DNA of 64,000 bases from an uncultured Acidocella sp. Lineage in GTDB: Bacteria > Pseudomonadota > Alphaproteobacteria > Acetobacterales > Acetobacteraceae. The number at the start of each line of letters is the position of its first letter. The first letter of the stretch is position 1. The notes under the pieces were generated by a model, which searched no databases, was not told the origin of the DNA, and was given only the letters and a program-made list of their open reading frames with translations. Both the position numbers and the translations under genes were made by a program. The stretch is from positions 18,141-82,140 of the forward strand of contig CAMIIE010000004.1 of NCBI GenBank assembly GCA_946222605.1. The letters are read 5' to 3'. This document shows positions 53,598 to 62,453 of the stretch, piece after piece.

Positions 53598-53927
53598 TCA
53601 CCCCAAACGAAACCGCGCTTTCGTGACCGCATCCTGCTCCAGCGCCGCCTTGATGTCCGCCTCGCCCTGCCGCGAGGCCAGAATCAGCACACGCTCGAAA
53701 TAAGGCGCGGCCCCCATCGCCCGGTCCCGGTACAAGGCGGAGAAGGCATTGGCAGCCGGGCCGCGCGCGGTGCAGCAGAAGCATCCAGGCTGGTGGCCAA
53801 AGCGCGGGGCGGTGAAGCGTATGGCATGGCCGGCCGGCGGCATGGCGTGGCCATCCTCCACCAGCACCGCGTCCTGTGGGCCGGGCGTGCCCCCTATATA
53901 AACCGGAATGCGGCCATCTTTTTCCAT
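53598..53927 (-). CDS. Small hypothetical protein with HQPGCFCC motif
   Basis: 109-aa ORF divergent from metH; fills the intergenic gap. Confidence 0.65.
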   Translation of the reverse strand: MEKDGRIPVYIGGTPGPQDAVLVEDGHAMPPAGHAIRFTAPRFGHQPGCFCCTARGPAANAFSALYRDRAMGAAPYFERVLILASRQGEADIKAALEQDAVTKARFRLG

Positions 53928-53965
53928 GACTTGGAAATGGGGGTGCGGGGGGCTATTTGGCAAGC

Positions 53966-56900
53966 ATGTCAAAGCGTCCACATCTGCTCGAAGCCCTCTC
54001 CCGTAACGTTCTGCTCTGCGATGGCGGCATGGGCTCGCGCGTGCAGGCGCTCACCCTCGATATCGAGAAGGATTTCTGGGACAAGGAAAACTGCACGGAA
54101 GTGCTGAACCTGTCCCGCCCGGACCTCGTGCGCGAGATCCATCGCGGCTATTTCGAGGCCGGGTCGGACATGGTGCAGACCAATTCCTTCGGTGGCTCGC
54201 CGATCACACTGGCGGAGTTCGAGCTGCAGGACCGCGCCTTCGAGATCAACAAGATCGCCGGCGAGCTGGCGCGCGAGGCCGCCGAGAGCTTCGCCGATGG
54301 CCGGCAGCGCTGGGTGGTCGGCTCGATCGGGCCGGGGACCAAGCTGCCGAGCCTGGGCAATATCGCCTATGACCCGCTGGAGGAGGCGCTCTACGCCCAA
54401 TGCGTCGGGCTGCTGGCCGGCGGGGTGGATGCGCTGCTGATCGAGACCTGCCAGGACACGTTGCAGATCAAGGCCGCGGTGAACGGCGCCAAGCGCGCCA
54501 TTGCCGAGGCCGGCAAGGATACGCCGATTTTCGTGCAGGTGACGGTGGAGACCACCGGCACGCTGCTGGTGGGGCCCGACATCGCCGCCGCCGCCACCGT
54601 GATCCACGCGCTGGATGTGCCGCTGATCGGGCTGAACTGCGCCACCGGCCCGCAGGAGATGGCCGAGCATGTGCGCTATCTCTCCCAGAACTGGCCCGGC
54701 AAGATTTCCGTGCAGCCGAATGCCGGCCTGCCCGAGCTGGTGGACGGCCAGACCCATTACCCGCTGAGCGGGGCGGAGATGGCGAGCTGGGTGGAGCGCT
54801 TCGTGGTCGAGGACGGGGTGAACCTGATCGGCGGCTGCTGCGGCACTTCCATCCCGCATATCCAGGCGCTGGACGGGATGTTGAAGAAGCTGGGCAATCC
54901 GCGCCCGGCGCCGGTGAAGCGCAAATTCCATTGGGTGCCCTCCGTCGCCAGCCTTTATGGCGCGGTGCCGCTGCGCCAGGAGAATGCCTATTTCTCCATC
55001 GGCGAGCGCTGCAACGCCAATGGCTCGAAGAAATGGCGCGAGCTGCAGGAGGCGGGCGACTGGAATGGCTGTGTCGCCATGGGCCGCGAGCAGGTGGCGG
55101 AAGCCTCCAACGCGCTGGATATCTGCACCGCCTTCGTCGGGCGCGACGAGATTGCGGAAATGAACGAGGTGATTACCCGCTTCACCTCCTCGGTGAATGC
55201 GCCTCTGGTGATCGATTCCACCGAGACGCCGGTGATCGAGGCGGCGCTGAAGCGGCATGGCGGCAAGCCGATCATCAACTCGATCAATTTCGAGGATGGC
55301 GAGGGCCATGCGCATGAGCGCATGAAGCTGGCGAAGAAATTCGGCGCGGCGATGATCGCGCTGACCATCGATGAGGTCGGCATGGCCAAGGAGCCGGCGG
55401 ACAAGCTGCGCATCGCCGAGCGGCTGGTGGCGTTTGCCTGCGACCAGTACGGGCTGCCGCAGTCCGATCTGATGATCGACCCGCTGACCTTCACCATCGC
55501 CACCGGCAATGAGGATGACCGCAAGCTGGGGCAATGGACGCTGGAAGGCATCAAGCTCATCCGGGACAAATTCCCCGACATTCAGATCATTCTCGGCCTC
55601 TCCAACATCTCCTTCGGCCTCAACCCCGCCGCGCGGGCGGTGCTGAACTCGGTATTCCTGGACCATGCGGTGAAGGCCGGCATGACCGGGGCGATCGTGC
55701 ATGTCTCGAAAATCCGGCCGCTGCATATGATCGACCCGGCCGAGGTGAAGGTGTGCGAGGATCTGATTTTCGATCGTCGCGAAGAGGGGTACGACCCGCT
55801 GCAGAAGCTGCTGGAGATGTTCGCGGACCGCAAGGCGGCGGACGCCACCAAGAAGAAACGTGCGGACACCGCCGAGGGGCGGCTGAAGGACCGCATTGTC
55901 GATGGCGACCGCAAGGGGCTGACCGAGGATCTGGACGAGGCGCTGAAGACCCACAAGCCGCTGGAGATCATCAACAACATCCTGCTGGATGGGATGAAGG
56001 TGGTGGGCGAGCTGTTTGGCGCCGGCAAGATGCAGCTGCCCTTCGTGCTGCAATCGGCCGAGACGATGAAGGCCGCGGTGGCCTATCTGGAGCCGATGAT
56101 GGAGCGCGTCGAGGGCGAGGAGCGCGGCATCATCGTGCTCGCCACGGTGAAGGGCGATGTGCATGATATCGGCAAGAACCTGGTCGATATCATCCTCACC
56201 AATAACGGCTACAAGGTCGTCAATCTCGGCATCAAGGTGCCGCTGGCGGAGATGGTGGCGGCGGCGAAGGAGCATAAGGCCCATGCCATCGGCATGTCTG
56301 GCCTGTTGGTGAAATCCACCGTGGTGATGCGGGAGAATCTCGAAGAGATGTCCCGCCAGGGGCTGGATATTCCGGTGATGCTGGGTGGGGCGGCGCTGAC
56401 GCGCAATTATGTGGAGGAGGACTGCGCCGCTTCCTATGCCTCGGGGCGTGTCGCCTATGCGCGCGATGCGTTCGACGGGCTGCATCTGATGGACAAGGTG
56501 ACGGGGAATGATTTCGACGATTACCTCGCCGCCATCCAGGCCAAGCGCGCCGGCAAGGCCCGCAACACCAAGCGCACGCTGGGCCAGGCGGAGGCAAGCG
56601 CCTTCGCGCCGGTGGATGTGAAGGAGGTGCAGGCCCGCCGCCGACGCCTGAACGCGGACCAGCCGCCATTGGTGCCGCCCTTCTGGGGCGCGAAAATGCT
56701 GGAGGCGGCGCCGAAGGCGGTGGTGCCGTTCCTGAATGAGCGCTCTTTGTTCCAGTTCCAATGGGGCTTTCGCAAGCAGGGCAAAAGCCTGGAGGATTTC
56801 ATGGGCTGGGCCCGCCAGGAGCTGCGGCCGGTGATGAAGCGCATGCTCGATCTCTGCGAGGCGGAACATATTCTGCATCCGCAGGCGGTGTATGGCTATT

Positions 56901-57451
56901 GGAAGGCGGCGGGGCAGGGGAATGATCTGATCCTGTTCGATGAAGACGGCACCACGGAAGTTGCCCGCTTCGCGCTGCCGCGCCAGTCCAAGCAGGATGG
57001 CGAATGCATCGCGGATTTCTTCCCCGATGTGGAGGATGGGCGCGGCGTGATCGGGCTGCAGGCGGTGACCATGGGGCAGAAGGCCTCCGAGGTGGCGCGG
57101 GAATGGTTCGAGGGCAATCGCTACCAGGATTATCTCTATCTGCACGGCGTTTCGGTGGAGATGGCGGAGGCGCTGGCGGAGTACACCCATAAGCGCATCC
57201 GCGCCGAGCTGGGCTTCGCGGCGGAGGATGACCGGGAGATGGAGAAGATGCTGGGGCAGGGCTATCGCGGCTCACGCTACAGCTTCGGCTATCCGGCCTG
57301 TCCGAAGCTGGAGGACCAGGAGCAGCTTCTGCGGCTGCTGGGGGCGGAGCGGATTGGGATTTCGCTGTCGGACGAGCATCAGCTGCATCCGGAACAGAGC
57401 ACCAGCGCGATTGTGGTGTTGAACAGCCACGCGAAGTATTTTTCGGTCTAG
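53966..57451 (+). CDS. metH: Cobalamin-dependent methionine synthase
   Basis: DGGMGS, GLNC, GGCCGT, GERCNANGS, GDVHDIGKN B12 motif, RYSFGYPACP. Confidence 0.97.
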   Translation: MSKRPHLLEALSRNVLLCDGGMGSRVQALTLDIEKDFWDKENCTEVLNLSRPDLVREIHRGYFEAGSDMVQTNSFGGSPITLAEFELQDRAFEINKIAGELAREAAESFADGRQRWVVGSIGPGTKLPSLGNIAYDPLEEALYAQCVGLLAGGVDALLIETCQDTLQIKAAVNGAKRAIAEAGKDTPIFVQVTVETTGTLLVGPDIAAAATVIHALDVPLIGLNCATGPQEMAEHVRYLSQNWPGKISVQPNAGLPELVDGQTHYPLSGAEMASWVERFVVEDGVNLIGGCCGTSIPHIQALDGMLKKLGNPRPAPVKRKFHWVPSVASLYGAVPLRQENAYFSIGERCNANGSKKWRELQEAGDWNGCVAMGREQVAEASNALDICTAFVGRDEIAEMNEVITRFTSSVNAPLVIDSTETPVIEAALKRHGGKPIINSINFEDGEGHAHERMKLAKKFGAAMIALTIDEVGMAKEPADKLRIAERLVAFACDQYGLPQSDLMIDPLTFTIATGNEDDRKLGQWTLEGIKLIRDKFPDIQIILGLSNISFGLNPAARAVLNSVFLDHAVKAGMTGAIVHVSKIRPLHMIDPAEVKVCEDLIFDRREEGYDPLQKLLEMFADRKAADATKKKRADTAEGRLKDRIVDGDRKGLTEDLDEALKTHKPLEIINNILLDGMKVVGELFGAGKMQLPFVLQSAETMKAAVAYLEPMMERVEGEERGIIVLATVKGDVHDIGKNLVDIILTNNGYKVVNLGIKVPLAEMVAAAKEHKAHAIGMSGLLVKSTVVMRENLEEMSRQGLDIPVMLGGAALTRNYVEEDCAASYASGRVAYARDAFDGLHLMDKVTGNDFDDYLAAIQAKRAGKARNTKRTLGQAEASAFAPVDVKEVQARRRRLNADQPPLVPPFWGAKMLEAAPKAVVPFLNERSLFQFQWGFRKQGKSLEDFMGWARQELRPVMKRMLDLCEAEHILHPQAVYGYWKAAGQGNDLILFDEDGTTEVARFALPRQSKQDGECIADFFPDVEDGRGVIGLQAVTMGQKASEVAREWFEGNRYQDYLYLHGVSVEMAEALAEYTHKRIRAELGFAAEDDREMEKMLGQGYRGSRYSFGYPACPKLEDQEQLLRLLGAERIGISLSDEHQLHPEQSTSAIVVLNSHAKYFSV

Positions 57452-57553
57452 AGCAATATGTGTTTAGGTTGACGCGCCAGCGTCAAAATAAACACATGAA
57501 ATTGCTCGCTAAAACAAAATTTAGAGCATCAAGCTTTTAGCTTGATGCTCTAA
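57448..57553 (+). repeat. Family B two-hairpin palindromic element, copy 2
   Basis: CTAGAGCAATATGTGTTTA..TTGACGC.CCAGCGTCAA..TAAACACAT..ATTGCTC...TTAGAGCATCAAGC-TTTTA-GCTTGATGCTCTAA. Confidence 0.88.
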
Positions 57554-57713
57554 AAGTTTTTGGCGTCCCGATGACGAGGCGGCGCAGCCGCGTCGTCTGA
57601 ATCGGGCCGCCCAATTTTAAGAAAAACGTTTGGGGCGTTGGCACAGCCGTGCCAACACCCCAAACCTTCCCGACCCTTTTTTGAAAAAAAGGGTCGGCCC
57701 CAAAAAACTTTTA
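57551..57713. repeat. Family A element, copy 10 (complete ends)
   Basis: TAAAAGTTTTTGG...CCAAAAAACTTTTA with three hairpin modules. Confidence 0.9.
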
Positions 57714-58022
57714 TTCCTCTAAGTGTTTTAGCACCGCTGCGCGGGCTTCGGGCGGCAGGCTCGTCAGCGCCGCGTTCAGCTTCGCCGCGTTGCGCCGCAA
57801 TTCGTAAAGCTGGTCCAGCAGCGACAGCACCACCGGCACCGCGTCCTCGCCAATCTCCAGCTCATGCCGCAGCGTATGAATCAGCCTGATTCGCGCTACA
57901 TCCACCGCCTCAAACTGCCACGCCCCCCGCGGGCCGCGCGCGCGCACCCAGGAGGCCTCAATCCAGCCGCCCAGCTCCGCCTCGTCCAGCCCGGCAATAT
58001 GCAGAGACTCGAAATCCATCAT
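57711..58022 (-). CDS. cbpM: Chaperone modulator CbpM (MerR-like)
   Basis: DVARIRLIHTLRHELEI..VVLSLLDQL; ATGA overlap with the upstream J-protein gene. Confidence 0.82.
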   Translation of the reverse strand: MMDFESLHIAGLDEAELGGWIEASWVRARGPRGAWQFEAVDVARIRLIHTLRHELEIGEDAVPVVLSLLDQLYELRRNAAKLNAALTSLPPEARAAVLKHLEE

Positions 58023-58909
58023 TTCAGCCCCTTCCTTGGGTTGAAGCCAGGCTGCGCCCAGCCTTCCAGGAATGTCTTCAACGCCGCGTCGGCCGGGCCG
58101 ATGACGACGTTCAGCTTCACATGCAAATCCCCCGCCTCGTGCTTGCCATGCGCCGGCACGCCGCGCCCGCGCAGCCGCATCTCGGTGCCGCTCTCGGTGC
58201 CGGGGCGGATCGTCATCGCCACGTCGCCGGCAGGGGTGGGCAGGGTGATCTTCGCGCCCAGCACCGCCTCCTTCATCGAGACCGGCACTTCCATATGGAT
58301 GTTGCGGCCCATGCGGCGGTAGAATTTATGCGGGGCGACATGGATTTCGATCAGCGCATCGCCATCCGGCCCGCCCTTGGCGCCGGGATCGCCCTTGCCG
58401 CGCAGGCGCAGAATATCCCCTTCCTCGGTGCCGGGGGGGATTTTCACATCCAGCGTGCCGCCATCGGGCAGGGTGATGCGCCTGGTGGCGCCGCTCACCG
58501 CCTCCAGGAAGCCGATTTCCAGGCTATATTGCCGGTCCCGCCCCTTGGCCGGGCCGCGCGGGCGCTGGTTGAAGATGTTGCCGAACAGATCCTCGAAATC
58601 CGCGCCACCGCCGCCGGAATAGGCATAACGCTCGCCCGGCCCGGCCTCAGCATAATGGCGCCAGCTCTGCGCCTGGGCGCGCTCGGCGCCCGAGGCGTCG
58701 ATCTCGCCGCGATCATATTTGCCGCGCTTCTCGGCGTCGCTCAGCAGATCATAGGCGCCGGAGATGGATTTGAAGGTCTCTTCCGCCGCCTTGTTGCCGG
58801 GGTTCAGATCCGGGTGGTGTTTTTTCGCCAGCTTGCGATAGGCGGAGCGGATTTCGTCCGCGCTGGCCTCTTTCTTTACACCGAGAATTTTATACGGGTC
58901 GTCTGCCAT
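58019..58909 (-). CDS. cbpA: DnaJ-class chaperone without zinc finger (CbpA-like)
   Basis: J-domain HHPDLNP, G/F region, RLRGKG C-terminal domain; paired with cbpM. Confidence 0.85.
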   Translation of the reverse strand: MADDPYKILGVKKEASADEIRSAYRKLAKKHHPDLNPGNKAAEETFKSISGAYDLLSDAEKRGKYDRGEIDASGAERAQAQSWRHYAEAGPGERYAYSGGGGADFEDLFGNIFNQRPRGPAKGRDRQYSLEIGFLEAVSGATRRITLPDGGTLDVKIPPGTEEGDILRLRGKGDPGAKGGPDGDALIEIHVAPHKFYRRMGRNIHMEVPVSMKEAVLGAKITLPTPAGDVAMTIRPGTESGTEMRLRGRGVPAHGKHEAGDLHVKLNVVIGPADAALKTFLEGWAQPGFNPRKGLK

Positions 58910-58947
58910 GCTCGTCCCTGACTCGAAGGTAATGCAACCTAGCCCTA

Positions 58948-58977
58948 AGATAAGGAGACAAACCTTGATTTAACAAC
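58948..58977 (-). promoter_or_regulatory. Possible RpoH promoter of cbpA
   Basis: Minus strand GTTG-N18-CCTTATCT, near the alphaproteobacterial sigma32 consensus. Confidence 0.4.
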
Positions 58978-59027
58978 GCCCCGGCCTTGCAAGGCCCGGC
59001 TACCGGAGGTGCCAATTTTCCGTGTGT

Positions 59028-59408
59028 CTAGCCGCCGTGCCGACGGGCGGTGAGCCGCTTGATCTGCTCCAGCAGATATTGATGATCATAAGGCGGATCC
59101 TCTTCCGGCCCCTGCTCGCACAAATCATGCGCCTTGGCGGCGGTGGCGGCCAAGTTACCGCTCAGCACCACGTCCAGATCCGGGAAGGCCTCACGGGCCA
59201 GGCGGGCCGCGGCAAAGCCGACCTCGCCGCGGGAAAACAGCACGTCCACCCGCACCTTGCCGGAGTCCAGCAGATGCCGCGCCTCCTCGAGCCCGGCCGC
59301 CTCGGCGACGTGATAGCCGCATTCGCGCAGATATTCCGCCACCGTATGGCGCACCAGCACGTCGGGTTCCACCAGCAGAACCCGTAACAGCTCTTCCGTC
59401 TCGCTCAT
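59028..59408 (-). CDS. Atypical single-domain receiver protein
   Basis: VLLVEPD..VAEYLRECGYHV.EA; VDVLFSR where Asp is expected. Confidence 0.75.
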   Translation of the reverse strand: MSETEELLRVLLVEPDVLVRHTVAEYLRECGYHVAEAAGLEEARHLLDSGKVRVDVLFSRGEVGFAAARLAREAFPDLDVVLSGNLAATAAKAHDLCEQGPEEDPPYDHQYLLEQIKRLTARRHGG

Positions 59409-59800
59409 TTCGCCTCCCGTCCCAGCAGGTCCAATGTCGCCTTCGCCGCCGTCTCCAGCCGGTAGGGCTTGGCCAGGAACAGGCCCAGCGCCGAAACATT
59501 CTCCCGGCCCGGATTGGCGGAGGTGATGATGCGTTTGAGTTCGGGGTAGGCGGTGGCGATGCGGCGCATCAGCTCCAGCCCGTTGATCGAGCCTGGCATG
59601 GTGATGTCCGAAAACACCAGATCCGCGTCGCCGCCGGCTTGCAGATAGGTCCAGGCATCGTCGGCGTTGCTCGCCTCGATCACGCGCAAGCCCTCATTGC
59701 GCAGCGCTTCCGCCAGAAGCAGCCGGATAACCGGCTCGTCTTCCACAAGCAAAACGGCGGCCTGCGCTTGGGAAGAGGGCGGAGATTTGATGGAGAGCAT
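59405..59800 (-). CDS. Single-domain response regulator
   Basis: LLVEDE, DLVFSDITMPG, ITS, FLAKPY. Confidence 0.88.
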   Translation of the reverse strand: MLSIKSPPSSQAQAAVLLVEDEPVIRLLLAEALRNEGLRVIEASNADDAWTYLQAGGDADLVFSDITMPGSINGLELMRRIATAYPELKRIITSANPGRENVSALGLFLAKPYRLETAAKATLDLLGREAK

Positions 59801-59878
59801 AGGGAGCAAGCGAAATCCGGCCGTTATGGATCTCTCATGTGGGAGAGCCAGGGGCTTCGTGCAATCCCACCAATTCTA

Positions 59879-60664
59879 TCAATGTTTCAATGTGCTCGAC
59901 AGAAATTGCCGGAAGCGCTCGGTCTTCGGGGCGGCGAACATCTCGTGCGGCGCGCCTTCCTCCTCGGTCTGGCCCTTATGCAGGAACATCACCCGGCTCG
60001 CGACCTCGCGGGCGAAGCCCATCTCATGGGTGACGACGAGCATGGTGCGGCCTTCCTTGGCGAGGTCGCGCATCACTTTCAGCACCTCGCCGACCAGCTC
60101 CGGGTCCAGCGCCGAGGTCGGCTCATCGAACAGCAGCACGTCCGGCTCCATGGCAAGCGCCCGGGCGATGGCGACGCGCTGCTGCTGGCCGCCGGAGAGC
60201 TGGGCGGGGAAGGCGTCCAGCTTGGCGGAGAGGCCGACCTTCTCCAGCATCGCCTCGGCCTTGGCGCGGGCGGTCTTCTTGTCCTGCTTGAGCACATGCA
60301 CCGGCGCTTCCATGACGTTTTGCAGCACGTTCATATGGCCCCAGAGATTGAATTGCTGGAACACCATGGAGAGCCGGGCGCGCAGCCGTTCCAGCTGTTT
60401 CGGGTCGGCACAGGCGCGGCCGCCCTTGCCGTGCGTCATCGCGATGGTCTCGCCCTTGATCGCGACACTGCCCTGGTCGGGCATTTCCAGCATGTTGATG
60501 CAGCGCAGGAAGGTGCTCTTGCCCGAGCCGGAGGAGCCGAGAATGGCGATGACGTCCTGGTCGCGCGCCGACAGGGACACGCCCTTGAGCACCTCCACCG
60601 ATCCGAAGGATTTATGGATGTTCTCCACCGCGAGGGCGGGGGCGGTCTGGTCGGCGTCTAGCAT
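59879..60664 (-). CDS. Polar amino-acid ABC transporter ATP-binding protein (HisP-like)
   Basis: [48 protein letters not shown]. Confidence 0.92.
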   Translation of the reverse strand: MLDADQTAPALAVENIHKSFGSVEVLKGVSLSARDQDVIAILGSSGSGKSTFLRCINMLEMPDQGSVAIKGETIAMTHGKGGRACADPKQLERLRARLSMVFQQFNLWGHMNVLQNVMEAPVHVLKQDKKTARAKAEAMLEKVGLSAKLDAFPAQLSGGQQQRVAIARALAMEPDVLLFDEPTSALDPELVGEVLKVMRDLAKEGRTMLVVTHEMGFAREVASRVMFLHKGQTEEEGAPHEMFAAPKTERFRQFLSSTLKH

Positions 60665-60739
60665 GCGGGGCCTCGATCTGGTTTTTGCGCGTAAGGGGCA
60701 GATTCAGCTTTGCAAAATACGTACCCTCGGGCAAAAGGG

Positions 60740-60950
60740 AAGCGTCCTTACGCGGACGCAGGAGAGAGCGGGGCTTGCCCCGCCGCCGAAGGCGCAACCG
60801 GCCCCCGGAACCGCTCAGGCAAAAGGGCTGCGGATCGGTCGCCGTTTTGCGGGGAAGGACACTCTGGAAAGCCGGCGGGAGCCCCCGCCGCACCGACGGG
60901 GTCAAGGGTCTCACCACCCGAATCTCTCAGGTCACAGGACAGAGGGGGGT
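60740..60950 (+). ncRNA. Tandem glycine riboswitch
   Basis: Aptamer 1: GGAGAG..CGCCGAAGGCGCAA..CTCAGGCAAAAGGG (about 60757-60832). Aptamer 2: CTCTGGAAAG..CACCGACGGGG..CTCTCAGGT..GGACAGAG (about 60862-60944). Upstream of gcvT. Confidence 0.93.
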
Positions 60951-61007
60951 CAGATTTTCCGGGGCGCGTCGCGTGCCGGGTGAACTGACTTTTGGGGGAT
61001 TTTTCTT

Positions 61008-62060
61008 TTGGCCCAGACTCCTTTGGACGCTTTGCATCGCCGTTTAGGCGCGCGCATGGTGGAATTCGCCGGCTACGAGATGCCGCTGCAATATCAGGGC
61101 ATCATCGCCGAACATGTGGCCTGCCGCACCGGGGCGGCATTGTTCGATGTTTCGCATATGGGGCAGGCGGAGATCGCCGATGTCGCCGGGCTGGCCCGCT
61201 TCGTGCCGGGCGATGTCGCCGGGCTGAAGCCAGGGCGGCAGCGTTATACGCTGCTGCTGAATGAGGCAGGCGGCATTCTCGATGATTTGATGATGGCCAA
61301 TCTCGGCGCGCATATCCAGCTGGTGCTGAATGCCGGGCGCAAGGCGGCGGATGTGGCGCATCTGCGCGGCAATGGGCTGGATGTGCAGACCAGGTTCGAC
61401 CGCGCGCTGCTCGCCCTGCAGGGGCCCAAGGCCAAGGATGTGCTGCCCGAGGCGGCGGGGCTGAAATTCATGGATGTGGCGGCGCTGGCGGTCGAGGGGA
61501 TCGACTGCATCGTCACCCGCTCCGGCTATACCGGCGAGGATGGATTCGAGATCGGCTGCGCCGGCGAGAATGGCGAGGCGCTGGCGGAAAAGCTGCTGGC
61601 GCGCGGCGCCGTGCCGGCCGGGCTGGGGGCGCGGGATTCGCTGCGGCTGGAAGCCGGGCTGCCGCTTTATGGCAATGATATCGACGAGACGACGGACCCG
61701 GTCTCCGCCGGGCTCGGCTTCGCGCTCTCGAAGAAGCGGCTGGAGCATGCGGATTTCCTGGGCGCGGCCGCGGTGAAAACAGTGCAGGCCAATGGGCCGG
61801 CGCGGCGCCTGGTCGGCATCCGGCTGGAGGGCCGCGCCCCGGCGCGGGCCGGCGCCGAGATCCGGGCCAAGGACGGGCAGAGCCTCGGCCATGTCACCTC
61901 GGGCGTGTTTTCGCCCACACTCAATGCACCGATCGCGCTCGGCTATGTCCGCGCCGATGCGGCTGAACCCGGCACCGTGCTCGACCTGATCGTGCGCGAC
62001 AAGCCGCTTCCCGGGCAGGTCACAGGGCTGCCCTTCGTTCCTCATAACTATGTCCGCTGA
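61008..62060 (+). CDS. gcvT: Glycine cleavage system T protein
   Basis: FAGYEMP, LFDVSHMGQ, RSGYTGEDGFEI, GLGARDSLRLEAG. Confidence 0.97.
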   Translation: MAQTPLDALHRRLGARMVEFAGYEMPLQYQGIIAEHVACRTGAALFDVSHMGQAEIADVAGLARFVPGDVAGLKPGRQRYTLLLNEAGGILDDLMMANLGAHIQLVLNAGRKAADVAHLRGNGLDVQTRFDRALLALQGPKAKDVLPEAAGLKFMDVAALAVEGIDCIVTRSGYTGEDGFEIGCAGENGEALAEKLLARGAVPAGLGARDSLRLEAGLPLYGNDIDETTDPVSAGLGFALSKKRLEHADFLGAAAVKTVQANGPARRLVGIRLEGRAPARAGAEIRAKDGQSLGHVTSGVFSPTLNAPIALGYVRADAAEPGTVLDLIVRDKPLPGQVTGLPFVPHNYVR

Positions 62061-62072
62061 AAGGTAAGGCTC

Positions 62073-62453
62073 ATGTCGCAGATTTTCTATTCCAAGGATC
62101 ATGAGTGGGTCGCCGTCGGGGCGGATGGGCTGGCCACCATCGGCATCACCGAGCACGCGCAGGCGGCGCTGGGCGATATCGTGTTCGTGGAGCTGCCGGA
62201 GCCGGGCAGCTCGGTCGGCAAGGGCGAGGCCTGCGCGGTGGTGGAGAGCGTGAAGGCGGCCTCCGACGTGTATGCGCCGCTCTCCGGCACGGTGGCGGAG
62301 GTGAATCAGAGCATTGTCGATGAGCCGGCCAAGGTGAACAGCGCCGCAGAGGGCGAGGGCTGGTTCTTCAAGCTGCGCCCGCAGGACCCGGCGGCGCTGA
62401 CCGAGCTGATGGACCGCGCCGGGTACGACGAATTTCTGGGGACGCTTTCGTGA
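62073..62453 (+). CDS. gcvH: Glycine cleavage system H protein
   Basis: [27 protein letters not shown] lipoyl-Lys motif. Confidence 0.98.
   Translation: MSQIFYSKDHEWVAVGADGLATIGITEHAQAALGDIVFVELPEPGSSVGKGEACAVVESVKAASDVYAPLSGTVAEVNQSIVDEPAKVNSAAEGEGWFFKLRPQDPAALTELMDRAGYDEFLGTLS

Noticed and set aside
53928..53965. Cobalamin or SAM riboswitch upstream of metH
   Set aside because: Only about 38 bp separate the divergent starts and no consensus motifs are visible
53969..57190. 1073-aa minus-strand ORF
   Set aside because: Antisense shadow of metH caused by high-GC codon bias; no recognisable motifs
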